From assembly GCF_009914755.1 (NCBI RefSeq), contig NC_060932.1: DNA of 64,000 nucleotides; one strand, given 5' to 3'. The position numbers and the translations under genes were made by a program. Positions 39,421 to 61,900 of this stretch are shown here, piece after piece. Under the pieces are notes generated by a model that worked only from the letters and a program-made list of their open reading frames with translations, was not told where the DNA came from and made no database searches. The stretch is from the human T2T-CHM13v2.0 reference genome, Homo sapiens. Within the stretch, counting starts at the first letter, position 1. Every line of letters starts with the position of its first letter.

Positions 39421-40433
39421 CTCTAGGTCATGACCTCAGGGTCATCCCCCTCCCCTGCCTCCATTTAGCCTTCACTGTGACCCCCAGCTGCAGCCTGACA
39501 TCAGTGTGATTATTCACGGGGTGGGTAGCCTGGGGCCACTGAAGGCCGGTTTGCTTTGAGCACTGCTCTCCAATGAGGCTGGAAGCCCTTTGAGGGGCTG
39601 TCGTATTCACCGCGGGATGCCCAGGTCCCGCCCAATTGGCGGAATCACCGTTTGTTGAGTGAATTCTTGAACGTCTGTGCATGGCATGCATGTGCCTGCC
39701 ATTTGCTCATCTTTACCACACACTTGGCTGCAATGGCTGTCACCTTCAATAGGCGCCTTGCCAGGGACAGAGAGCTCAGGGACAGCCAAGGAGACTGGAA
39801 CTGCTCAGCTGGGGATAGGGAGCCTAGGGGGCCCTGGCAGGCCCCCAAGCCTCTCCTGGGTTGTCCTGGCCAATTCACAGGGAGGCTGACCCCAGCTTCC
39901 AGGAATAAAAGATTCTGACCTCTCCGTGGCAATGAGCCCCTGTCCCAGGGGTGTGCGGGAGATCCCTGGTTATCTGAGGTGTCTCCAGGGTATATCCGCT
40001 GAAACCCCACTTCCTCTTCACTGCCCACTGAGCCTGGGACCAGCTGCTGGTCACGTGCTTGGCCCTGTAGCGTCGCTAGCCGTGCTCCTCAGTGTGCTCC
40101 CCGCCCCCTGCCGCGGCGCCTCGCCTCCCGGCTCACCTCCCCACCCCACCTGCCCGCTGCGGCTCTCCGCGGGAGATCTCACCGTTCTGGAGACAGGGCT
40201 CGCTCGCTCTCACGGTAGGCTGGAAGAACGGGCTGTCTGGGCCTTAGGAAAGGCCCATGCTGTATAAGGCATGGGGAAAGGAAAGGAAGAAAGGCAACGA
40301 ACAAGAAGGAGGGCTTCCAACTGCAGCTTCCTGCCGGCTGCAGGCCTCCCTTCCTAAGCTGAGCTGAGGCTTCCTCTCCATGGGCTGGGGAGGGGGCGCC
40401 AGGAGGCCTCGGCGGGTCCGCAATTGGCCGGGA

Positions 40434-40596
40434 CAGCTTCTCACGAAAGGTCCTGGGCCGGCATCATCAGCCTCACCTGGGAACTGGTTAGAACTACAAA
40501 TTCCCTCGGCCCCACCCAGACCGACGCCAAGGGCAGCTGTGGAGTGGGGCGCGGCAATGCGCCCCTTAACAGCCCTCCAGGTGATTCTGCCGCGCA
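40434..40596 (+). mobile_element. MER5A embedded in the NPM2 CpG island
   Basis: catcagcctcacctgggaactggttagaa...ggccccacccagacc...taacagccctccaggtgattctg matches the recalled MER5A consensus. Confidence 0.75.
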
Positions 40597-40650
40597 GAGG
40601 AGGAAAGAATGGGAGAAGGGAAGGGGAGAGGGAGGCGGCTTCTTTGCGAC

Positions 40651-40664
40651 TAATTGGACACCTG
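40651..40664 (+). promoter_or_regulatory. NOBOX-binding element (TAATTG) + E-box (CACCTG)
   Basis: gactaattggacacctg; this motif pair is known from oocyte-specific promoters. Confidence 0.6.
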
Positions 40665-41205
40665 CCCTTCCCCTTCCCAGGCTTCTTAGCCCGGGCTTGG
40701 ACAGCCGCCTTCCGGCCAGAGGGGATGAGGTTGCGCTGCGCTCCGGGAGCGCCGATGGCGTGACTGGCCCCGCGCGGAGCAGCGACAGTAAGGCTGTGTG
40801 GGGGGAGCTGGGACCTAAGCCGCGCGCACACCCCTTTCTCTGCGTCTGGTGGAGGTGCACAGAGGCTTTTGAGTCAGGCCCAAGCGCAGCCAGGTGACCT
40901 CCCCGCGGCCTTTCAAGCCTGAGCTCGGTGGACAGCTCCCTCTCCCGTGAGTCCCGCTGTCCTGTACGCGCCCGGTCGAGCCCCGGGCTGCGCACCCCGC
41001 TAGGAGGTGGGTACTCGTCCTCCAGGAGTTGCCGGTGAGCCCTTGACCGTGGCAGGTCCCCTCCAGCCGCGAGCGACCCCTCAGTACCTGCCGATGCCTG
41101 CTGGTCTCTGGCATCCTCCAGTCGAGGGTCAGGGTCAGGGAGCAAGGCCTCACGCGGGCGCCCTCCTTGCAGCTGCCCGGCCAGCCCGCTTCTCTGCCCG
41201 GAGCC

Positions 41206-52639
<11,434 letters not shown>

Positions 52640-52833
52640 GGAGCCACGCCTTGGGGGGCACGGTGCAAAGTGGGCCTTCCCTGGGCTGTGCTGCAGGCAC
52701 AGGGTGCCCCTGTCCAGCCCCTCCACCTGTGTCTGAATGCAACAGGGGTGTTGCGGGGGCAACATGAGAGCCCCTCACCCCCAACTCTCCACTTTCAGGA
52801 GGCCCCCAGTGAAGAGCCCCACCTCGGGGTCAC

Positions 52834-52839
52834 AATAAA
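52834..52839 (+). terminator. NPM2 poly(A) signal
   Basis: AATAAA ~195 nt after the stop. Confidence 0.8.
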
Positions 52840-53854
52840 GTTGCCTGGTCAGGACTTTCCTTCTCTTCCCTGGAGCCAGCCTCCTTGTCCGCTGCACCAG
52901 CCCCAGTGCCCGGCAGAGGGCAGCCTTGAACCGGTGCACCCGGGCCCTGAGGTCATACCTGCCTCCCTGCACCCAGCCCCCGCGGCCTGAGCCTGCTGTG
53001 TCCCTCGTCCTCGGCACCCCCAATTCTCCCCCAGTGGCGAGGGAAGAGCCTAGAGTCTGCCTTCTGCTGAGCTGTGTGTCAGGTGGATTTCCAGCCTGCA
53101 CCCTCCCTCTGGGCAGAGCTAGGTTTATAGGCACCCAAGGGCTACGGCTGCTCAAGCTACCAGAAGGGGCCTCGCCCTAGGGGGCCAGCCCCCAGGGTCT
53201 TCTCCTGACCTTATTCCTGTCAGGCAGCTACTGTGTGCAGAGCATCTATAGGGAACTCAGGGACATCCGCTCTCCCTGCTTGCTTCCGTTAGGGGCCAGC
53301 TCATCTTATAGGGACCTCCCACATGTGAAGATCTGTGTCAGGCAGGAGCCAGAGGCCCGCACCTTCAAAAAAACCTTTGAGGTGGAGTAGACAGGGTGAG
53401 CTTTACAGAGGCGCCAAGCCCCACATGCTATCGAGTAGGCCTCAGTCAAGCATAGGGGCGAGGCCAAGAGAGGACTGGAAAATGGGGTGGGGGACCCCCA
53501 CCCTCTCCCTGGTGTGCAGAGGGGACTCTGGAGGGCTGTTCACCTGTGGGTGACCCTGGCGCAGTTCCTAGAACAGGCGGACACACAGATGAGCCCTACA
53601 CTCTGGGTTATCCATGCAGCGCCTCTGCTGGCTTCTCCCTGCCCCTCCCCAGCACCCTCTGGGGTCAGGCCCGAAGTGAACCAGTGGGGAGCTGGTCCTG
53701 CTGTCCTGCTTAGTACCCCCAGGTATGGGGCCCAGGAGGTCGGAGCTCTTTGAACACCTGCCTAGGAAAGTCAACAACCAGGCTGGGGCCTCCTGTCCAG
53801 CTATAGCTTCTTTTGAGACCAGAGACAGAGGTAGCAGAGGGCAGGGTTGTATTC

Positions 53855-54168
<314 letters not shown>

Positions 54169-54739
54169 GGGTGGCATTCTCCCTGCATGTTTCCTACACC
54201 CATGAGACAGATGTGGGTACTGTCCTGCCCTCCAACAGACAAGCCACTAACTTTAGGTCACCCAGAGTCCCACCCTCCAACAAGGGGACAAACCACTAAC
54301 TTCAGGTCACCCAGAGAGTGACAAGGGGGACTGCTCCATGTGAGCAGCTGGTGCTTTTTGAACTTGGTTTCATCTACAGTGACCCGGGGTAACCCAATTC
54401 CTCACCTTCAAGTCACTTACAGTCTAGTGGAAACAAAACCCAACACAATTTCAGTTACTGTCTGGTGCTTTGAAGGGAGTGGAACAGGTGAACTTGAGGG
54501 GCAGGAGGAAGCAGTTTGGTGAGAAGGTCTCCTGGAGGAGGCGACGGACAAGAAGGGCTCAATGGGCTTCATTAGGAGCTGGCAGAGGACGTTCCTGGGA
54601 ACAGGAACAGAGCATGCAAAGGGTCCGAGGCAGAGCCCCACTTGAAGGGGGATCGGCTGCAGTGACAGCTTCTAATACCCACGACCCACTCCTTCAACCC
54701 TCATAACCGTGCCTTAAGGGGATTGTGACTGGCTCCATT

Positions 54740-55050
54740 TCTTTCTCTTTTTAATTTTTTTTTTAGATACTGGGTCACACTCTGTCAGCCAGGTTGGAGT
54801 GTAGTGGCACGATCATGGCTTACTGCAGCCTCGAACTCTGGGCTCCGCCTATCCTCCTGCTTCAGCCCCCTCAAGTAGCTGGGACTACAGGCATGCACCA
54901 CTATACCCAGCTCATTTTTTTTTAACATTTTTGTAGAGATGGGGATCTCACTATGTGGCCCAGGCTAGTCTCAAACTCCTGACCTCACACTATCCTTCTA
55001 TCGGCCTCCCAAAGTGCTGGGATTACAGGTGTGAGCCACCACACCTGGCC
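54740..55050 (-). mobile_element. AluJ inserted in a MIR (MIR continues to ~55170)
   Basis: ccatttc duplicated on both sides; cagatgaggaaagtgtggcacagagaggt follows. Confidence 0.8.
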
Positions 55051-55402
55051 CAGCCCCATTTCCCAGATGAGGAAAGTGTGGCACAGAGAGGTTAGACAAG
55101 TTGCCCCAAGGTGACACGGCTGGCAGAGGAGCCAGGGAGTCCCACCCCAGAGCCCTGGATTTTGACCACTCTGCTGATGGGAGGGAGGCATGAGCCGGTG
55201 CACAGTTTATGAAGTCGTGTAAACTGAGAGCAGGAGTTAGAAGTCAGTCAACCATGTAATGGGAGTCCTCAAGGGACAGCTAGGCGTTTCTACAGCCAAG
55301 CGCATATTTGGCCCCAAGCACAAGAAGGCGCGCAACAGATAAACCAGTGATCACTTGATTTTGATTTGCAAGCAGGCAGTAGGAAATAAATTGCAAAGGT
55401 GG

Positions 55403-55695
<293 letters not shown>

Positions 55696-57260
55696 ATTTG
55701 CAAAGGTGAGGGTCCATCCTCATTGCTAGGGTGCCCTTTGCCCTCTGCCCTTTGCCCTTCCCCTGCCCCAACTCTTCTGTTTTTCAGCAGGAAGAGGGTG
55801 GGCTGGGCTCAAGCAGGTGGTGGCAAGTGGCTGACCTGCAGGTGGGCTCTGTGTTTGCACCAGCTGGGCTGTTAGGAGAGGCAGGCGTGAGACGACCCCA
55901 GCTGGGGGGTGTTGAACTTGGCACTATGGGGTGAGGATTAACCACAGCAGCCCAGGCTACTTCTCAGTTCCCTTATCACCTCCTGAACCCCACCCCCCCA
56001 GCAATGAATGTTAATAAACCCCACCCTTCTTCCCTCCCCCTTTCCCCGAGCTCACTCCAGTCAAGGGAGAGAGTCTGACAGTTTAGGTCAACTGAGGCTA
56101 AGCCACAAAAAGGGCCCCTGCCCCCATTCTTGTGGCACTTGATGCGTTTCTGTGAGTCCTTTATCTCAGCTGACGTGGATGGCGGTGGTTTTGACAGTAT
56201 CCCTGCTGGTAGCCATTTCCTTTTTATAAACTGGGACCCTGAAACCAGAGAAGTGAAGGGACTTGCCACAGGTCACACAGCGTATAAGGACCAGGGCAAA
56301 GGGGCGGGGATAAAATCAAGGGCTCCATGCTGCCTCCCCACTTGGGGCCCACCACTGGCTTCCCCATGGGCGTAAAGGAGCAAACCAAGTTAGAAGGCCA
56401 GGCCTGCAGGTGCCCAACAGGAAGGGACAAGGAGCCACAGCTGTCTTGCCTGTGACACAGGCCATCCAGCCATGCCCAGAGCTAACCCCCTGGCTAAGCC
56501 CCGAGGCCCAGCTTGACTGCTGGCATCTGTTACCATGGAGACCCAGGCTGGCCTGAGGGCTGGGCCAGTGATGGCAGGCCCTGTCCCCATGGATAGAAAC
56601 AGGTGCTTGGGCTCAGAGGCCTTGAGTGGCTCCCACTGTCCCCATGGCCAGTGAGTCCCGACAGCATAAATTGGAACCGTTACCCACCTTTCGCCCCCCA
56701 GCTGACACCTCCACCAACCCAAGGCCTGAGCTGTCCCCTCCACGTGTCTGTGCTCTCTTTAATGCCCTGCCTGGGGGCTGGGAGTGGTGAGGATGTGGAT
56801 GTGAGGTTGAAGGTTTCTCAGGGAATGAGCCAGAGCTGCCAGAAGAGGCAGAGTGTAACCCAGACTGCAGATGATGGGAAGAACGCGGAACAGAAGTGAC
56901 CTGAAGGATCCGCAGGGAGAAAGCAGAGAGGTGGGCACGCGGGCACCTGGTACCTTGTCCCAGCCATGCCACCAGCTAGCTGTGAGGCTTTGGGCGAGTC
57001 CCTTGCCCTCTCTGGCTCTCATCCAAGGAATGAGGAAGTTGGAACAAATGATGAATCTCTAAGACCCCTTCTAGGTTTGACATTCTTTGAGTTGCATTCC
57101 AAAACCCTGGACTCCCCCAGGTAAGCAAGGCCAGGGCTTGCCCCATCCTCCCCACACAAGCTCAGGCAGCACCCACTCCTGGGCTGGGTTCCCGAGGAAG
57201 AGCCTGCAGAGAGGAGACCCCGGAGCTGCCTGCACTGGTCAGTGCATGGGGGCAGGGGTG

Positions 57261-57361
57261 GCAGACCACTTTGTGGATTGATGGAGCTCAGGAAGGTGAG
57301 AAGGGACCCACAGGTGAGAGTTTCGCTCCCCTGGTCATCTCTTTAGGTAAATAAATCCACA
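57261..57361. promoter_or_regulatory. Candidate FOXH1/SMAD/T-box enhancer of FGF17
   Basis: GCAGAC 57261, TGTGGATT 57272, AGGTGAGAA 57294, AGGTGAGA 57312, GTAAATA 57347, AATCCACA 57354. Confidence 0.6.
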
Positions 57362-57684
57362 TCCGCCACTTCCCCTTCCCTTCCCACCCTGGGGGCGCTG
57401 AGAACTCCAGGGAGCCCAGAGCTGAGGCCTGAGCTCTGCTTGCTCACACTGGGTCTTCCCTCAGAGACCCCCAAGCCCTCCTATCTTCTGCAGTCACCGT
57501 CATCCACTTTTCTGTAGGGAGGGAACAGCATGGAGCTCTCTGTTCACCGGTCTCCAGGACCTCGGATTCCACCTTTAATCCTGAAAACCCAGGAAGGCTT
57601 CTGTATCCCTACAATGAAGCAGGTTTGGGGCTGGATCTGCAGGGTGGCAACTCAATCCATGCAGAACAGAAGAAGCATGGACTT

Positions 57685-57775
57685 TTCCATTCTGGCTATT
57701 CCATTCACTAGCTGGGCCATTCTGAGCAAACTACCTCCCAATGTGCCTCAGTTTCCTCATCTGCAAAATGGGCTA
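57685..57775 (+). mobile_element. MIR fragment
   Basis: gtgcctcagtttcctcatctgcaaaatggg. Confidence 0.7.
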
Positions 57776-58249
57776 GTCGCTGGCATTGTACCGAGCAGTA
57801 TGAGACCGGAGGTCATGGGAAGAGGCTGGTAGGCACTTCATCCCAGGCAGCTGCTCAGGGACATGGGACACAGGGAGGGGACTCCGAGCTGCTCCTAGCT
57901 CAGAGAGGCTCTAGGGACAGGCACTGGAAGGAAGGGGATGCAGAATGGTGAGTGGAGCTGGGTCTCAGAACACAGACATCTTGAAGTCTGCTATGTGCTG
58001 ATTTCACACTTGACCCCCCAACACCCTGAGGCATTACTGTCCTCATTTCTCAGATGGAACTACAGAGGCCCAAGGAAAAGGGGCTTAGGCCAGGACACCC
58101 AGCTCTTCTCCAAGTGTCTGTCTCAGGCTAGCTTTTGCAACTCTCCATTGGTATTCTTCCTAGATCTCCATCTGTACCTGCCAACCCACCTCTGACCCCC
58201 AACCTGTTGCGCCCAGTATTTGCTGCCGATCAGGACAGCCTTAACCCCT

Positions 58250-58884
58250 CCTTCCCGGGCAATCAGCTGCTCCAAGCCAAGCCCACCCCTGCCCCCTGGA
58301 GGGAGGCGGCTCCTTTTAAGGCTGCTTCTGGGAATTTCCACTCCAGAGCCAGAACCAGAGACCCCAGCCCCACTTGACACCTGCGGCTCACCCTTGGGGA
58401 GGTGGGGCGCCAGACCTGAGTGCAGGAGACGCAGACCTGGAAGGGCTCCCCCTCCCTGACCTGCCACACATCGAGTTTGTCTGCGTCGAGTTTGGCCAGT
58501 CTGTGAGGGTCAGGAATAGAGCAGGAGACAGCAGGGCCACCTCCTTCAGAAGGCCCCCACCGCTCCATCCCTGCACTGGGTGGCCCAGGAGAGACTGGCA
58601 GCCCAGAGGGCACAGCGCGCACGCCCCCACCCGCATCTGCTTTGCAGCCTCACTGGCCAGGAAGGTGGACACCTCATACCTCAGTCTCCCAATTACGCCC
58701 TCCTCCTCCCCCTCCTCCTCCCTCTTTTCTCTCCTCCTCCTCCCCTTTCTCTCCTCCTCGCCCCCCTGAAAACCTGTGGCTCGGAGAGACCTTGGCTTCT
58801 CTGGGACTCTACCCCTGGGGACTTCCCACATCTGCTCCTGAGCTTGGGGGCAGGGGGGCAACCGCCTGAGGAACCTCTCCAGCG
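58250..58884 (+). promoter_or_regulatory. FGF17: FGF17 proximal promoter and long 5'UTR
   Basis: GGCAATCAG 58258, TATA-like TTTTAAG ~58314, C/T tract 58700-58766, no ATG seen between ~58350 and 58885; TSS not directly observable. Confidence 0.55.
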
Positions 58885-58919
58885 ATGGGAGCCGCCCGCC
58901 TGCTGCCCAACCTCACTCT
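58885..58919 (+). CDS. FGF17: FGF17 coding exon 1
   Basis: gcgATGg start; |gtaagt donor. Confidence 0.94.
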
Positions 58920-61900
58920 GTAAGTGTGCTACCTCTCCCACTGGAGTTTCGTTGCCATTTCCAGCCTCAGGGCAGCCCTCCTCTTCCCGGGACTCCCACG
59001 CGTGCGTGCACGGGGCTGGCAGGGCGGGGGCGGGGGCCTGGGTGCACCCTAGGCTTGCAGCTGGCACCCACACCTGGGCTTACCTCCTCTCCCCACACAG
59101 GTGCTTACAGCTGCTGATTCTCTGCTGTCAAACTCAGGTAGGCGGGCATTCCCACCGGCTTTCCCCCAATTTTTCCACCCTACCTGACCAGGGCGGGTGC
59201 AGGGGACCGGCTCCTTTCAGGTGGACAGAGGCAGAGTCTGGCCTCTCCCTGGGTCCAGGAGGCACTGAGGTTTGGAGGGGAGTGAGCCTTTGACCGGGTG
59301 GGCAGGGAAGGGGGCTGACTGAGGTTTTGTCTCTGTCCTCCCTCTGAGGACCCTCCCCACTTCCCCTGGGTCTCTGCTCCTCTTCCTCCCTCTCCATCGG
59401 GTTCCCCCAGACTTGAGGGATGGAGCCTGGAGCGGTTGGAAGCAGGTGGAGGTGATGGCTCAGGTGAGGCTTGGGTTTGCCAGTACCTGAAAGGACAGGT
59501 TTTGATGCAAGACCACTTGTATGTCCTTCTCGCCACCCCACTCCCATCAATATGGATGCCTGGGGTGGGGGTCTCGTGAGCATGTCCAGAATGCCTGGCC
59601 AGGGTGAGGTGACTCCTCACCTAGAGGGCACAGAGGTCAAGCCCAAAGAGGTTTGTTTGGGACGGGATGCAGGGTTCGCTTCTCCACACTCCCCCCACCC
59701 CAAGTCGGCCCCCCACCTCCCTCCATGCACACCTCCCACCCCCAAGTCTCAGCCCCCAGTGCGAGGCTTGCTCCCTTTTTTGTGATCCTCCATAAAAGTG
59801 CAGCTATTAAAATGCACTGGTCCAGAACCGCTCTGGGGAGAGATCGCTTGGCTTTCCCAGGCCAGAGGCCCGCTTCTCTTCATATCCAGTGGGGACTTTT
59901 TTTGAAGGTAAATGCCTTTTCTCTGGGAGAGGGAAAGGGGCAGCCTTTGAAGCAGTGGGGGGGTGGGAGAGGGAGAGACAATTCCCCCCCCCTTCCTTCC
60001 CCCTTTTGCTCCAGCCCCGTTCCAGGCCTTTTGCTTCACACATCCAGGGGGAGCCAGAAGAAAGCCCCCAGCCTGGCTGGGAGGGGGCTGGGGGTGGGCC
60101 CAACCTGTTCTGGAGGGGAACTAGCACAATGGTGCGGCTGGCCGGGCGTTTATGGCCTGGCTGAGGCCCCATTCAGGACTCAGGGAAGGTGGCAAAGCGG
60201 TCCTTTCCCCCTTGAAGTGCCCCCTCACCCCCCTGGGAGGGGGGGCCAGCAGGCCGGACCACAGCCATGCTTGAGGGGCTGTCTGACAAGCAGCTGTCTG
60301 CAGTGGTGGAAGGGGAGGTCCTCCCGCAGCGGGAACATGAAAGGGACAGGCTAGGTCCCGCGGGGAGAGGGACTTGTGGGTTGTGGGCTGTGGGGGGGCG
60401 TGGGGCTGCTTTTGTGAAAAGCTTGAAGGGGGACGAGGAAAGGAGGGGGCTTCGGGGGGGCGCTTTCTGCTCCTGACCTGGAACAGACTGCCAGAGGAGG
60501 CCGTCGGCCAAGAGGGGCGGAGGGCCTGAACCTGGGCCAGGAGGCGGGGCTGGGATAGGCAGGACCCCACCCCCTGGAAGGGAGGCCAGCGTGGGGCAGG
60601 CTGGGCAGGTCCCCCACCCCAAATGCTCCAGGGTGGGGCGAGGGGCAGGTCTTGCAGAGGCTAGGCAGAGGCTGCTCTATGGGGAGGTGCAATTGGAAAT
60701 GAGCAACGGTGCACAGTAAGTGTTAACCCCGCGCAGGTTAAATGTCCAGCTCTGAGAGCTGCTCCCTCACTCCCCCTGCCTCAAAGGTGATATTTCCCAC
60801 CCCCTCCCTAGGAGAGAGTAGCCCCTAACAGATGCTAATCTGGGTCTAGCTCTGTCCAGATGGCTGAGGTTGGGCCTGGGATAAAGGTGGAATTAGGGAT
60901 TTGGGGCAGGGGCTGAGAAAAGCTGTCCCAGCACAGGCAGCGGCATCCAGGTGGAGACAAAACCAGCAAAAAAGGTACATTCTCATGCTAGAGCTGAGGC
61001 TGTTGCCAGCAGCCAGGAAACCTAGCCCGGGTCGCACCTTGCAGGATGGAGGGGAAGAAGTACTCAGTCTCTCCCACTCAGCCTTACAGATGGGTAACGA
61101 GAGACCTAGCTGGGAGGCGGTACTCCTCCTGGCTTTGCACAGTGCGTGGGGGGAAATGGTTCCTCTCCCCCAACCCAAAGGGGAAGCAGGTGGGCGGGCG
61201 CATCCCACCAACTGGCCAGGAGCCTCTGTTACATTGTGGCTAAGGAGCTGCCTGCCAGGGGCAGCCATTGGGCCACCGCTGATAGTGCCTGTCCTCTTGG
61301 TACTGCCTCTGCCTCCCTCCGCTAAGGAGGCACCTTGCCTGCCTGCTGTCCCATAGTGCCCAGCCCCAGCCCCAGCCCCAGCTCCAGCCCATAGAGGAGG
61401 GAGGAACACTGGAAGGGCCCTGAGCACCAGGGGGCAAGGCCGGGAAGAAGATGGGTATGAGCTCAGGATTCCACAGTTAGTGCTTCAAAGAAATGCTCAT
61501 GGGACCCTGCAGGAGCTTTCAGAGTCCCCCACATGCTCTCTGGTGACCCTAACTCGCAGCACCATCTGCTCTGTGCCCGTGTGCTGGGCAAGGGGTCTTT
61601 CAAGGCCAGTGGGGAGGATGAGGAAGGAATCTGGTTGTCCTGGCTAATGGAGCATGTCCTTGGAGTTCTGGGGGAGATGACAGGCTCTGGTCTAAGAGGT
61701 AGGGACAGGGGTTCTGTCCCTAATGAGCTGTGTGCCCCGTGCACCTCCTTCATAGAATACGAGGACGGGATAGAACCCTGAGGGCTCCTTCCAGCTCCCA
61801 GAGTCCTGATTCCAGGGCTGTGCTCTGTCAATAAGTGTCCCCCAGCCTGGGCAGACCCCAGTCCCTTCTGTAAGGTAGACGCAAAGCAAAGAGGTTATGA

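Noticed and set aside
39810-39845. GDREP-RG..LAG resembling the OGA motif GDQEPWAFRGGLAG (lost OGA paralogue idea from synteny)
   Set aside because: Needs a gap and a frameshift, and the flanks do not match; indistinguishable from chance without TBLASTN.
58123-61831. Numerous 100-240 aa ORFs around the FGF17 promoter and introns
   Set aside because: GC-rich, low-complexity Pro/Gly/Ser translations with no homology; the real exons are already explained.
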